A stretch of 64,000 nt of DNA, from positions 1,161-65,160 of the forward strand of contig JAJRWY010000312.1 of NCBI GenBank assembly GCA_024276575.1, read 5' to 3'. Of this stretch, positions 8,887-18,877 are shown one piece after another. A model generated the notes under the pieces. The model made no database searches, was not told the DNA's origin, and saw only the letters and a list, made by a program, of their open reading frames with translations. Source of the DNA: Candidatus Binatota bacterium (lineage in GTDB: Bacteria; Desulfobacterota; Binatia; UBA1149; CAITLU01). Within the stretch, counting starts at the first letter, position 1. Each line of letters opens with the position of its first letter. A program made the translations under genes and the position numbers.

Positions 8887-10458
8887 AAGAATACCCCATA
8901 GTTGCCCGGAAGGGAGGGGTTCGAAGCCGGTGAGGCGCCGTGAAATGACGGTCACGTTTCGAGGCCACCAAAGCGGAATGTAGGGCAAGCGGCGCGAATT
9001 GCGCCGTTGCAGTCTCGCATAGAGCTTCCGGCGCTTGCCGGGCCGGCTGCGCAGCGCCCGTTCGCTTAGCCGGTCCGTGATAGCGTCGCTGTAGCCCCCC
9101 CTGTTGTTTCCGTCCGGAGGCTGCATTCGCGAGTGGAACACTGTTCTCATCAAGTCGGGATCTTCTATCCCTACCCAAGCTAGTGAGTAGAGATCGAAAT
9201 TCCCGGCTCGGACATCCGCGAAGAAGGTGCCCCATTCGTAGCTCTCGATTTTCAATTCGATACCGACTTCCGACAATTGAGCAGCCAGCACTTCAGCAAT
9301 GCGCCGGCGCAGTTCGATGGTCGTGGTCTTGTAACTTAGCGTCAGCCTCGGGGCCGGTCCTGGTGGGTCTGTGTAGCCGGCGCGCTCGAGCAGGCGGCGT
9401 GCGCGGTCCGGATCGTAGCTGTAGTGTCGCACTTTGTCCGAATAGGCCCAATGGTGCGGAGGCAGCATGGCATCGGCCGTTTGTGCCTGGCCTTTGAGGA
9501 TGTATCTGACGATGGCGTTGCGGTCGATCGCGTAAACCAGGGCGCGGCGCACCGGTAATTTGGCCAGGGCCGGGTGCCGCAGGTTGACTCCGATATACTG
9601 ATAGGCGTTGTAGTCGCCGAGTCGAACTTCGACTCCTTTCTCTTCTCGATCAAGCCAGTCGACGGTGTCCGGATCGATCGCGTTCTGCACGATGTCGACG
9701 CTGCCGTGCCTTAACTCCAACGCACGCATGACCGAGTCGGGAAGGACCTTGAAGATCAGCGTCTCTATCGTAGGATCGCCGGCTGCGGAGCCTTGGACCG
9801 CCTCGAGCCGGAGGCGGTCGCTATCGAAGGAGGCTAGGCGGTAGGGTCCCGAGCCAGTCAGTTCGAGCGCTGCAACCGGCTCAATGCCGAGGCCGTCGGC
9901 CGCTAGGATGCCGATACCGGTGCTGTGCATAAAGGCGGCGTCGGGCTTGCTCAGCCGGAATATGACGGTGGTTGCGCCCTCGGCTTCGACGCTTTGTAAA
10001 GAAGCGAGCGCAGCTCTTTTCGGGGACGATGACCGGTGGTCCAGGATGCTGCGGTAGGTGGCTACGACGTCGCGTGCACGCAACCGCCTACCGTCATGGA
10101 AACGCAGATCGTCGCGCAGTTCGAAGATGTAGGTCTTGCGGTCCGGCTGCCACCATTTCGAGGCGGCGTAGGGCAGTGGTCTTGCGTCGACGCCGCTGCG
10201 TGTCAGGGAAGCGAAAAGCAAGCTCCCTATGCGCGACGAGTAAGCGTCAATGCTGTAGCGTGGGTCAAGCTGGGTGGGAGAGGCCTCTATCGCTATCACC
10301 ACCGCGTCGGGGTCCCGGACTACGCTATCCGCGCACCCCCCCAGCAGCGTGAGCCCCCAGGCTACTACCAGCAACGGGGCGGAAGGAATCAAATAAAATA
10401 AGCAAGCTTTTCTCAAAGGAAATAGAACACAGTGCTTCGCTTTGGTACCATAGTGCAT
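8866..10458 (-). CDS. ABC transporter substrate-binding protein, family 5 (DppA/OppA-like), lipoprotein
   Basis: Signal peptide with a Cys (LLGGC) followed by an SBP_bac_5-type fold. It is encoded away from the permeases and no ATPase genes are nearby. Confidence 0.8.
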   Translation of the reverse strand: MHYGTKAKHCVLFPLRKACLFYLIPSAPLLVVAWGLTLLGGCADSVVRDPDAVVIAIEASPTQLDPRYSIDAYSSRIGSLLFASLTRSGVDARPLPYAASKWWQPDRKTYIFELRDDLRFHDGRRLRARDVVATYRSILDHRSSSPKRAALASLQSVEAEGATTVIFRLSKPDAAFMHSTGIGILAADGLGIEPVAALELTGSGPYRLASFDSDRLRLEAVQGSAAGDPTIETLIFKVLPDSVMRALELRHGSVDIVQNAIDPDTVDWLDREEKGVEVRLGDYNAYQYIGVNLRHPALAKLPVRRALVYAIDRNAIVRYILKGQAQTADAMLPPHHWAYSDKVRHYSYDPDRARRLLERAGYTDPPGPAPRLTLSYKTTTIELRRRIAEVLAAQLSEVGIELKIESYEWGTFFADVRAGNFDLYSLAWVGIEDPDLMRTVFHSRMQPPDGNNRGGYSDAITDRLSERALRSRPGKRRKLYARLQRRNSRRLPYIPLWWPRNVTVISRRLTGFEPLPSGQLWGILSARLRR

Positions 10459-10485
10459 CTACCTGTGCCTGCCGGAGGTTAGCGA

Positions 10486-12465
10486 GTGAAGGGGAGAGGT
10501 TTTGCAGCAAAGGTAACCATGGCTACGCTGATACCGGCGTTGCTCCTGTGTGCGGGTTACGCTTGCGCCACTCAGGAGTTGCCGCGTTTCGAGCAACTTG
10601 CCCCCAACGTTGAGTTCTGGAGCGACGTTTTTACCAAGTACAGTGACGAGAAAATCGTTTTTCACGATCCCTACCGGCTCGAATTAGTCTACTCGATTCT
10701 CGATGTAGGCGACATAATGAACGGCGAAGGAAGCGAGCGGCGGCGTGCTCATGACGTTGCCAAGCGCCGTGTTGCCGAAGAACGTCGTATCAAGGCGATG
10801 CTCCGGCGCTTGGCTGTTTCCCCGCCGCGCAACGCAGAAGAGAAGGAGTTGGTTTCCGCGATCGCAGGAATCTTCCATGAGGCCAAGTTCGCGAAGGTGC
10901 TGGCTGATCGGGTTCGTTCCCAGCGGGGATTGGCGAACAAGTTCTGCCCGGCTATGGAGCGGGCGCACGCGTATATGCCGAAAATGAAGCGCATCCTTGC
11001 CGCCAAGGGAGTTCCCGGCGATCTCGCCGCACTTCCCCTGGTCGAGTCGGCCTATCAGGTCGGGGCGCATTCTAGCGCGGGTGCGGCCGGGATTTGGCAG
11101 TTCACCTATGGGACCGGGCGCCTATTTTTGAAGATCGACGGTTACCGTGACGAGCGGCGCGATCCTCTGAAAGCGACTGAAGCGGCAGCGGCGTTGCTTC
11201 GGCAGAATTTCGATAAGCTCGGGAGTTGGCCGCTAGCCATAACCGCATATAACCACGGGTCTGCAGGTATGGCGCGTGCGGTGCGTACGGTGGGGACCAA
11301 GAACCTCGGCATCATCTCCGAGTCCTACAAGAGCCGCAGCTTCGGGTTCGCGTCCCGTAATTTCTACGCTGAGTTTCTCGCTGCACGTGATGCGGTGGCG
11401 AGGGCGGAAGAGATCTGCGGACCGATTTCCGTGGATGCCTATGCGCCGGACCATTTCGAACTCGACTCGTACGTCTCTCTTGCCGATCTCTCGCGAGCTT
11501 CGGGGATTTCCACCTCGCGGTTGATCGAACTCAACCCAGCGCTGCGGCCGGGCGTGGTTTCCGGAGTTCACCGCGTGCCCAAGGGGTATCGTCTCAACTT
11601 GCCTGCGGGGGCGGGCCGCGAGTTCGGCCGGCGCTATGCGAGTCTGCCGGCCTCGGTGAAGTTCGTTACTCAGCCGGAGACCCGCTATCGTGTGCATCGC
11701 GGCGAGACCTTGAGCCATATAGCGAGGCGCCACGGGACCAGCGTGTCCAGTTTGCTGAGTTTCAACGGTTTGCGCGATCCCCGGCGCTTGAGGGCGGGAC
11801 AGATAATTCGGATCCCGAGCCGGGCTTCGGCTGCTAAGACGGCTGTCGCCAAGGTATCGGTTTCTTCTCGCAGCTCCTCAGCCGCCCCGCCGCCGGCGGT
11901 CAAGGATAGCCACAACTCCTCGGGCGCTGCGTTGGCCTCATTGAGGTTCCCGCCCGGGAAAAACTTTTCCGAGCACCGAGTAGGGCGCGGCCAAACACTT
12001 TCCGAGATCGCCCGCATGTATAAGTCTTCGGTTGCTGAACTCAAGAGGCTCAATGGAATCAGCGATCCCCGCAAGCTTCGGCGCGGAGCGACGCTCAAGG
12101 TGCCGCTACGTGGTGCCGCAGTTCCGGCCGCCACTTCGGCCTTGCTGACCCGCACCCACCGGGTCGGACGGGGGGAGACGCTGTGGAGCATAGCCCGCAA
12201 TTACCGTACCACGGTAGATACGTTACAGCGGCTTAGCGGCATACGGAATCCGTCGAGACTCAAGATCGGGCAAGTCATAACAGTGCCTGATTCTGCCGTG
12301 GCCACGCGCTCAGGCAGCTACCTCACCCATACTGTTCGTAAGGGACAGACGCTATCGCATATCGCCAAGATGTACCGAACTTCGGTGCTGACGCTCAAGC
12401 GGGTGAACCGTATCAGCGACCCTCGAAAGCTGCGTCCGGGACAAACTTTGAAAGTCCCGAACTGA
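10486..12465 (+). CDS. mltD: Membrane-bound lytic murein transglycosylase D-like (SLT domain plus four C-terminal LysM repeats)
   Basis: SLT catalytic region ESAYQVGAHSSAGAAGIWQF. Four about 45-aa LysM repeats (HRVxRGETLSxIARxY...LNGIxDPRxLRxGQxLxVP). An alternative start at ATG 10519 (MATLIPALLLCAG) is possible. Confidence 0.85.
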   Translation: MKGRGFAAKVTMATLIPALLLCAGYACATQELPRFEQLAPNVEFWSDVFTKYSDEKIVFHDPYRLELVYSILDVGDIMNGEGSERRRAHDVAKRRVAEERRIKAMLRRLAVSPPRNAEEKELVSAIAGIFHEAKFAKVLADRVRSQRGLANKFCPAMERAHAYMPKMKRILAAKGVPGDLAALPLVESAYQVGAHSSAGAAGIWQFTYGTGRLFLKIDGYRDERRDPLKATEAAAALLRQNFDKLGSWPLAITAYNHGSAGMARAVRTVGTKNLGIISESYKSRSFGFASRNFYAEFLAARDAVARAEEICGPISVDAYAPDHFELDSYVSLADLSRASGISTSRLIELNPALRPGVVSGVHRVPKGYRLNLPAGAGREFGRRYASLPASVKFVTQPETRYRVHRGETLSHIARRHGTSVSSLLSFNGLRDPRRLRAGQIIRIPSRASAAKTAVAKVSVSSRSSSAAPPPAVKDSHNSSGAALASLRFPPGKNFSEHRVGRGQTLSEIARMYKSSVAELKRLNGISDPRKLRRGATLKVPLRGAAVPAATSALLTRTHRVGRGETLWSIARNYRTTVDTLQRLSGIRNPSRLKIGQVITVPDSAVATRSGSYLTHTVRKGQTLSHIAKMYRTSVLTLKRVNRISDPRKLRPGQTLKVPN

Positions 12466-12577
12466 CTCTGCTATCCGCGGATATTGCCGGCAGCGGACAT
12501 GATTGTCGCTCCGGTGTGAGTTTGCTGAGCATCAGACACAGCTTCGGCGTCGGGTCTTCATGTGCTAGTTTCCTTCC

Positions 12578-13297
12578 GTGGCCTATCTCCCTGTATTTTT
12601 GAATGTTAAGGATCGCCGTTGCTTGGTTGTCGGGGGTGGCCCGGTAGCTGCGGGCAAGACCCGGCTACTGCTGGAGTATGGGGCGAAAACCGTCGTGGTC
12701 GGCAAGCATTTGTGTCCTGCCTTGGTGGAACTCATAGGGCGGTGGGGCCTAGAGTTCAGTGAGCGCGAGTACCGGCCTGATGACCAGCAAGGGGTCATGC
12801 TGGTGTTTGCGTGCACCGATTCTCCGGACGTACAGGCTCAGATATTAAGTGATGCACGACGATTCGGTGTGTTGGCCTGCCGTGTGGACGACGGTTCCGT
12901 TTCCGACTTCTGCAGTGCGGCGCTCATCCAACGAGGAGAGGTCTGCGTGGCGGTATCTACCTCAGGCTCGAGTCCGGCGCTAGCCGCCCGGATAAAGCGA
13001 GAGTTGGAGCCATACATAGGTTCCCACTATGGTGTGGCGGCGACACTCCTCGGGCGTGTTCGCGAGCAGGGCTACCGCGGCGTGGCGGTAAATTCGGACG
13101 CCGGCTTGGGAAGCGGCCCCCCCGTAGACCCGGAAGTTTTTGCGGAATTATTCGGACGCGGTTTTTTGGACTTGTTGGCTCGAGGGCAACTACAACAAGC
13201 AGTCGCTTTGCTCGAGGAGTTGTGCGGGTGGCGGCACGATGCGGGGCCGGTGGAGCCTGTAGGGCCTGAGATACGACGAGGGAAGCGAAAGGATTGA
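12578..13297 (+). CDS. sirC: Precorrin-2 dehydrogenase / sirohydrochlorin ferrochelatase (SirC/Met8/CysG-N-terminal type)
   Basis: NAD-binding N-terminus LPVFLNVKDRRCLVVGGGPVAAGKTRLLLEYGAKTVVV, matching the CysG N-terminal domain family. Confidence 0.8.
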   Translation: MAYLPVFLNVKDRRCLVVGGGPVAAGKTRLLLEYGAKTVVVGKHLCPALVELIGRWGLEFSEREYRPDDQQGVMLVFACTDSPDVQAQILSDARRFGVLACRVDDGSVSDFCSAALIQRGEVCVAVSTSGSSPALAARIKRELEPYIGSHYGVAATLLGRVREQGYRGVAVNSDAGLGSGPPVDPEVFAELFGRGFLDLLARGQLQQAVALLEELCGWRHDAGPVEPVGPEIRRGKRKD

Positions 13298-13300
13298 GAA

Positions 13301-14131
13301 TTGGAACTGCTGGCTCTCGAGTTTGCTTGCTTTGCTTACCTTACGGCTGCGGCTGCCTACATGACAGGCATAGCCTATCCATCGGATTGGACGCGGCGTT
13401 TGGGGCCCTGGGCGCTGGGAACGGCCTTTGTTCTGCAATCTCTTTCCGTCGTCCTACACGTCATCGATACCGGCGTGATCCCGGTCGAAGGGTTTACTGA
13501 GGGACTCGCATTCTTCGCTTGGCTTCTGGTTGCCACCTACGTCTTCGTACAGCGCAAGCAGGAGGTGTCAGTACTGGCTGCGGCAATAGCACCGATGGCT
13601 TTCCTGTTTACTCTGCTGGCGATCGAGTTTTATTCCGAAAGGACGGTGCTGCCGGAGTCATGGCAGACTCCATGGCTGACGGTGCATGTAACCCTGGCTT
13701 TTCTCGGCAACGCGGTGTTTGGCCTCGCCTTTGTCGTCAGCCTCGTCTACCTGGTCCAGGAACGACTGCTCAAATCTCACCGCAGGGCTTGGATGATCCG
13801 CCGCTTGCCCGCTCTGGAAACTATGGACAGGCTCGGATACCTGTTCTTGTTCTGGGGCTTCCCCCTGCTTTCGCTGGGAATGGTAAGTGGCGGGGTCTGG
13901 GCTTTGAGTATGCTCGGCAAGTTCTGGACCTGGGAACCGCGCGAGATTCTTTCGGTTATCACCTGGGTTCTGTACGCCGGCTTGCTCGAGTTCCGCCTAG
14001 TCGGCGGCCTGCGGGGTAAGCGAGCCGCCTACCTCACTATTTTGGGCTTTATGGTGCTGGTGGTTTCCTACATCGCCGTCACCCTGATTTCCGTGCCCGG
14101 CGCCAGGCACGGCGGTGTATACACTTCTTGA
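13301..14131 (+). CDS. Cytochrome c assembly family protein (CcsA-like/HemX-type) that commonly precedes hemA
   Basis: Eight-TM hydrophobic protein with the Trp-rich region WTWEPREILSVITWVLY. Conserved gene order with hemA. Confidence 0.7.
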   Translation: MELLALEFACFAYLTAAAAYMTGIAYPSDWTRRLGPWALGTAFVLQSLSVVLHVIDTGVIPVEGFTEGLAFFAWLLVATYVFVQRKQEVSVLAAAIAPMAFLFTLLAIEFYSERTVLPESWQTPWLTVHVTLAFLGNAVFGLAFVVSLVYLVQERLLKSHRRAWMIRRLPALETMDRLGYLFLFWGFPLLSLGMVSGGVWALSMLGKFWTWEPREILSVITWVLYAGLLEFRLVGGLRGKRAAYLTILGFMVLVVSYIAVTLISVPGARHGGVYTS

Positions 14132-14143
14132 GGAAGCCGGGTA

Positions 14144-15418
14144 GTGTCACGCCAACTATCGATACTGGGGCTGAATCACCGCACTGCGCCGGTCGAGCTG
14201 CGCGAGAAGCTGGCCATGACCGAAGGCCGCGGCGAAGGCGTGCTCGCGTCTCTTCTTACTCACGACCACATAGAGGAAGTGGTGTTGCTCTCCACCTGCA
14301 ATCGGGTCGAGATTGTCTACTGCAGCCGCGAAGGTCCGATTGAGACTGAGGAGATGACCGGCTTCCTAGTCGAGGGCACCGGGCTGAGTGTGGATGAATG
14401 CGTGCCTTACCTTTACAGTTTCGAGAACCGGGAAGCGGTCAGGCATCTGTTCCGTGTGGCCTCTAGCCTGGACTCCATGGTTGTGGGCGAGCCGCAGATC
14501 CTCGGCCAAATGAAGGAGCAGTTTGACGCGTCGGTGGACGCGCATAGTGCCGGTCCTGTACTTCACCGTGTCTTTCACAAGAGTTTCTCGGTGGCCAAGC
14601 GGGTGCGTTCGGAAACCGGAATCGCCTCGAGAACGGTTTCGGTCGCCTCCACGGCGGTGGATCTGGCCAGTCATATCTTCGAGAGCCTGGAGGGCCGGAC
14701 CGTGCTGCTGATCGGCGCCGGCGACATGGGGGAGACTGCCGCGCGCCATTTCCAGGGCGCGGGGGTCAAGGACATCATGGTGGCCAACCGCACTTTTGAA
14801 AACGGCGTAGCCCTGGCCAGGGAGTTGGGAGGGACGCCGATTCCGCTCGAGCGCCTGTCCAACTACTTGCCGCTCGCCGACCTAGTGGTGGGTTCAGCCG
14901 GGGGTGGGGAGATGCTCAGCGCCAAGGAGGTCAAGGGCCTCATGCGTGAGCGCAAGGGCCGTGCGGTATTCTTCATAGATGTCGCGGTTCCCCGCAACTT
15001 CGATCCTGCGATAAACAAGATCGACGGCGCTTATCTTTACGACATGGACGACCTCTCGTCGGTGGTAGAGGAGAACCTCGAGGAAAGGCAGCGTGAGGCG
15101 GTAAAAGGCGAGGCCATAGTGGAGGGGGAGGTCGACCATTTCTGGTTGTGGTTCGAGAAACTCGGGGTAATTCCCACGATCGTTGCTTTGCGTGAGTATG
15201 CCGAGGAGATTCGCAATCAAGAACTGGAGCGTACCGTTGCCAAGCTCAACGGCATCAGCGAGGAAGACAGGATACGTATAGACCATATGACTCGTTCTAT
15301 CGTCAATAAACTACTGCATAGGCCGACCAGCGTATTGAAACGTGAAGTTCGCCCGGATGAAGAAACTCGTATGTTGAGCGCGGTTCGCAAGCTTTTTTCC
15401 TTGGAGGACGAACTGTGA
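14144..15418 (+). CDS. hemA: Glutamyl-tRNA reductase
   Basis: N-terminal SILGLNHRTAPVELRE, catalytic Cys in LSTCNRVE, and NADPH-binding LLIGAGDMGE. Confidence 0.93.
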   Translation: MSRQLSILGLNHRTAPVELREKLAMTEGRGEGVLASLLTHDHIEEVVLLSTCNRVEIVYCSREGPIETEEMTGFLVEGTGLSVDECVPYLYSFENREAVRHLFRVASSLDSMVVGEPQILGQMKEQFDASVDAHSAGPVLHRVFHKSFSVAKRVRSETGIASRTVSVASTAVDLASHIFESLEGRTVLLIGAGDMGETAARHFQGAGVKDIMVANRTFENGVALARELGGTPIPLERLSNYLPLADLVVGSAGGGEMLSAKEVKGLMRERKGRAVFFIDVAVPRNFDPAINKIDGAYLYDMDDLSSVVEENLEERQREAVKGEAIVEGEVDHFWLWFEKLGVIPTIVALREYAEEIRNQELERTVAKLNGISEEDRIRIDHMTRSIVNKLLHRPTSVLKREVRPDEETRMLSAVRKLFSLEDEL

Positions 15419-16359
15419 AGCTTCGTGTGGGTACGCGGAGGAGCCCCCTTGCCTTGGCCCAGGCCGGCCAAGGTATGCGCTCGGTAGTGGACAAGGCCGG
15501 GGGCGGTGAGTGGGAGTTGATTGAGATGGTCACTACCGGTGACCGCGTTCAGGACCGTCCGTTGCGCGACGTCGGAGGTAAGGCCCTGTTCGTGCGTGAG
15601 CTTGACGATGCCCTGCTGCGTGGAGATGTCGATTGCGCCATTCATTCGCTGAAAGATGTCCCCAGCGATTTGCCGGCCGGCATCGTAATTGCCGCAGTGC
15701 TCGAACGTGCCGACGTGCGTGATCTGTTGATCAGCAAACGGGGCCTGGCGCCGGCGGAGCTTGCGCCGGGGGCGCTGGTCGGCACCACTAGTTTGAGGCG
15801 TGCATCGCAACTGCTGGCCGTAAACCCGCAGGTGAAAGTCGAAACCATACGAGGCAATGTAGCCACGCGCTTGGGGCGCTTGATGGATGGGGATTTCGAC
15901 GCGACCTTTTTGGCTGCTGCGGGTATCGCGCGGCTCGGTGCCGACCTCGGAGCGGCAAAAGCCCTAGCATTAGATCCTTGGGAGTTTATTCCTGCTCCCG
16001 GGCAGGGGGCGCTGGCCATTACTGCACGTGAAGACGACCGGAAATGCAGGGATTATCTGGCTATGGCCGAGGATGGGGCGGCGCGTGCGGCGGTTGAGGC
16101 GGAGCGCGCGCTGGCGAGAGTTTTCGGCGGCGGTTGCCATCTGCCCATCGGCGTCTATGCCGAGGCCGGGCCGGGCAGCTTAAGGATGATCGCGGTCGTG
16201 GTTTCATCTGATGGGCGCCGTTTGCTGCGCGACGAGGCTTCAGGCGAGGCTAGTCACGCGGCTGCCGTGGGTGAGGCTTTAGGCCGGCGTATGCTGGAAA
16301 ACGGCGGTGCTGAGATCGTTGCCGAAGCGGAAGCGGCTGCAGCTGGGGGGCTGGTCTGA
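15415..16359 (+). CDS. hemC: Hydroxymethylbilane synthase (porphobilinogen deaminase)
   Basis: RVGTRRSPLALAQA N-terminus and the cofactor-binding Cys region GGCHLPIG. The GTG start overlaps the hemA stop (GTGA). Confidence 0.92.
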   Translation: MKLRVGTRRSPLALAQAGQGMRSVVDKAGGGEWELIEMVTTGDRVQDRPLRDVGGKALFVRELDDALLRGDVDCAIHSLKDVPSDLPAGIVIAAVLERADVRDLLISKRGLAPAELAPGALVGTTSLRRASQLLAVNPQVKVETIRGNVATRLGRLMDGDFDATFLAAAGIARLGADLGAAKALALDPWEFIPAPGQGALAITAREDDRKCRDYLAMAEDGAARAAVEAERALARVFGGGCHLPIGVYAEAGPGSLRMIAVVVSSDGRRLLRDEASGEASHAAAVGEALGRRMLENGGAEIVAEAEAAAAGGLV

Positions 16360-16376
16360 GCGGGCGGGTCTATCTT

Positions 16377-17852
16377 GTGGGTGCGGGGCCCGGAGATCCC
16401 GGCCTGCTGACTCTTCGCGGGAAAGAGGCCCTCGAGCGGGCTGATGTAGTCCTCTATTACGCGCTAGCGAACTCCCGCCTGCTCGATTTTGCCCCCGCCG
16501 GGGCTGAACGCATACTCGTCGGACATCGCCACGGTCAGGAGACGGTCGGGCAGAACAGCATCGAGGAGATGCTGGTGGACTACGCTCGACGCGGTAAGAG
16601 CGTGGTTCGGTTGAAGGGCGGAGACCCCTTTGTATTTGGCCGGGGCGCGGAAGAAGCCCAGGCTTGTGCGATTGCGGGGGTGCCATTTTCGGTGATACCC
16701 GGCGTGAGTTCGGCCTCGGCCGCTCCCGCCTATGCAGGCATAGCCCTGACCCACCGTGACCTGTCTTCTTCGTACACAGTGGTGACCGGCCGTCCGGGAC
16801 GCAACCGGGACGGTGAAGAGGTAGAGGCCGACTGGGAATCTTTGGCGCGAGGTGGCGGTACTTTGGTACTGCTGATGGCGATGACGCGAATCTCAGAGAT
16901 CTCCGCGAAGCTAATCGGTGCCGGTATGTCTGCGGAAACTCCTGCGGCTGCGGGTCGCTGGGGAACTCTGCCCCGGCAAAAGACAGTGACCGGATGTCTC
17001 GGAGATATTGCGAATACGGCCGCCGCGGAGTTGATACGGCCGCCGGTGGTTTTCGTGATAGGAGACGTGGTGCGGCTCGCTGAAAGCATCTACTGGTACG
17101 AGAAACTGCCACTGTTCGGGCGTCGCATCGTGGTCACCCGCGCCCGCCATCAAGCTGCGGAATTTTCGCGTCGTCTGGAGGAATCCGGTGCCTGGGTGCT
17201 CGAGTATCCGACCATAGAGATCCGGCGGCTCGAGATAGCCGATAGCCGTCTGGACGAGGTTGCGGGTGCGGATTGGCTCTTGTTCAGCAGTGTCAACGGG
17301 GTCGAGCATTTCTTCGCGAGTTATCTCGCAGCCGGGCGTGACCTGCGCGAGCTTGCCGGCGTAGGAATTGCCGCTATCGGACCGGCCACCGCCGCGGCGG
17401 TGAAGCGGCGTGGCCTGAAGGTGGACGTGCAGCCTTTAGAGTATCGAGCGGAGGCCTTGCTCGAAGCCTTGGGGGAAGTCCGCGGAATGCGGATGATACT
17501 GGCGCGGGCCAAGGTGGCTCGTGAGGTGCTGCCCGAACAGCTCCGGGCGCGCGGCGCCGAAGTCACGGTGCTTCCGGTCTACCAGACCGTGGTGCCGCCT
17601 GATTCTTCGCAGTTCACGGAGTTCGGCGAAGTCGACATGGTTACTTTTACCAGCGCGAGTACCGTAGGGAACTTCGACCGTATAAACGGAGGACGGGCCG
17701 CCGAACTCCTGGCCGGAGTCAAGGTCGCGGCGATCGGACCGATTACCGCTGCGGCTCTCAGGGACAAGGGTATTGGGGTCGACGCCATGCCGCACGATTA
17801 TACGATTCCCGCGCTAGCCGCCGAGATAGAGCGCTGCTTTGCAAATGGCTAA
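16377..17852 (+). CDS. cobA-hemD: Bifunctional uroporphyrinogen-III C-methyltransferase / uroporphyrinogen-III synthase (CobA-HemD fusion); true start probably upstream and non-canonical
   Basis: The SUMT N-terminus [12 protein letters not shown] and the conserved [12 protein letters not shown] motif continue in-frame upstream of the first GTG with no stop, overlapping the hemC stop. The C-terminal half is HemD-like. Confidence 0.85.
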   Translation: MGAGPGDPGLLTLRGKEALERADVVLYYALANSRLLDFAPAGAERILVGHRHGQETVGQNSIEEMLVDYARRGKSVVRLKGGDPFVFGRGAEEAQACAIAGVPFSVIPGVSSASAAPAYAGIALTHRDLSSSYTVVTGRPGRNRDGEEVEADWESLARGGGTLVLLMAMTRISEISAKLIGAGMSAETPAAAGRWGTLPRQKTVTGCLGDIANTAAAELIRPPVVFVIGDVVRLAESIYWYEKLPLFGRRIVVTRARHQAAEFSRRLEESGAWVLEYPTIEIRRLEIADSRLDEVAGADWLLFSSVNGVEHFFASYLAAGRDLRELAGVGIAAIGPATAAAVKRRGLKVDVQPLEYRAEALLEALGEVRGMRMILARAKVAREVLPEQLRARGAEVTVLPVYQTVVPPDSSQFTEFGEVDMVTFTSASTVGNFDRINGGRAAELLAGVKVAAIGPITAAALRDKGIGVDAMPHDYTIPALAAEIERCFANG

Positions 17853-17875
17853 GCGCTAAACTAGCATTTTGCATC

Positions 17876-18844
17876 ATGCCTTTTCCTGAGCAACGGCCTC
17901 GAAGACTACGTCGCAACGAAACCATACGCCGTATGGTTCGCGAAACTTCTGTGGGTAGCGACGATCTCATGCTGCCGCTTTTCGTGGTTCCTGGTAGCAG
18001 CGTGGAAAATGAAGTGGCTTCGATGCCCGGAGTGTTTCAGCAATCGGTCGATAAAGTGGTGGAGACCGCCAGGCGTGCCGCCGGTCTCGGAATTCCCGCG
18101 GTGCTGCTGTTCGGTATTCCTGAGCACAAGGACCCGCGGGGCAGCGAAGCCTGGCGACGGGACGGAGTCGTGCAGAACGCTGTGCGGGCGATCAAGGAGG
18201 CGGTCCCGGAGCTATGTGTAACGACCGATGTCTGTCTTTGCGAGTATACCGACCACGGGCACTGTGGAGTACTATCCGGCGATAGTGTCGACAATGACGA
18301 AACCTGCGAGCTATTGGTTGCCGAAGCGGTTTCTCACGCCGAAGCAGGAGCCGATCTCATCGCGCCTTCGGATATGATGGATGGACGTGTGGACGCGATC
18401 AGGGAAGGACTCGACGACAAAGGTTTCGAGGAGATTCCGATAATGTCTTATGCCGCCAAGTACTGTTCGGGTTTTTATGGACCCTTCCGGGACGCGGCGG
18501 AGTCGGCTCCGCGCTTCGGCGACCGGCGCTCATACCAGATGGACCCGTCCAACTCCGACGAAGCGTTGCTCGAGGTCGAGCTTGATATCGAGGAAGGCGC
18601 CGACATTCTGATGGTGAAACCGGCGATGCCTTACCTCGACATAATCCGCCGGGTCAAGGACGAGTTTCAACGTCCACTGGCCGCCTACCAGGTCAGCGGT
18701 GAGTTCGCGATGATAAAAGCGGCGGCGGCGAGGGGATGGCTTGATGAGCCGCGTGTGGTTGCCGAAAGCCTGACTGCGATAAAGCGTGCGGGGGCGGACA
18801 TCATAATTAGTTATTTCGCGTTGGATTTCGCGAAGGGGGTTTGA
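17876..18844 (+). CDS. hemB: Porphobilinogen synthase (delta-aminolevulinate dehydratase)
   Basis: Active-site region with Cys residues [14 protein letters not shown] (a Zn-type site) and the Schiff-base Lys region. Confidence 0.93.
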   Translation: MPFPEQRPRRLRRNETIRRMVRETSVGSDDLMLPLFVVPGSSVENEVASMPGVFQQSVDKVVETARRAAGLGIPAVLLFGIPEHKDPRGSEAWRRDGVVQNAVRAIKEAVPELCVTTDVCLCEYTDHGHCGVLSGDSVDNDETCELLVAEAVSHAEAGADLIAPSDMMDGRVDAIREGLDDKGFEEIPIMSYAAKYCSGFYGPFRDAAESAPRFGDRRSYQMDPSNSDEALLEVELDIEEGADILMVKPAMPYLDIIRRVKDEFQRPLAAYQVSGEFAMIKAAAARGWLDEPRVVAESLTAIKRAGADIIISYFALDFAKGV

Positions 18845-18877
18845 ATCGAGCTGTCGCGGAAGTTTCTCGCCTGCGTT

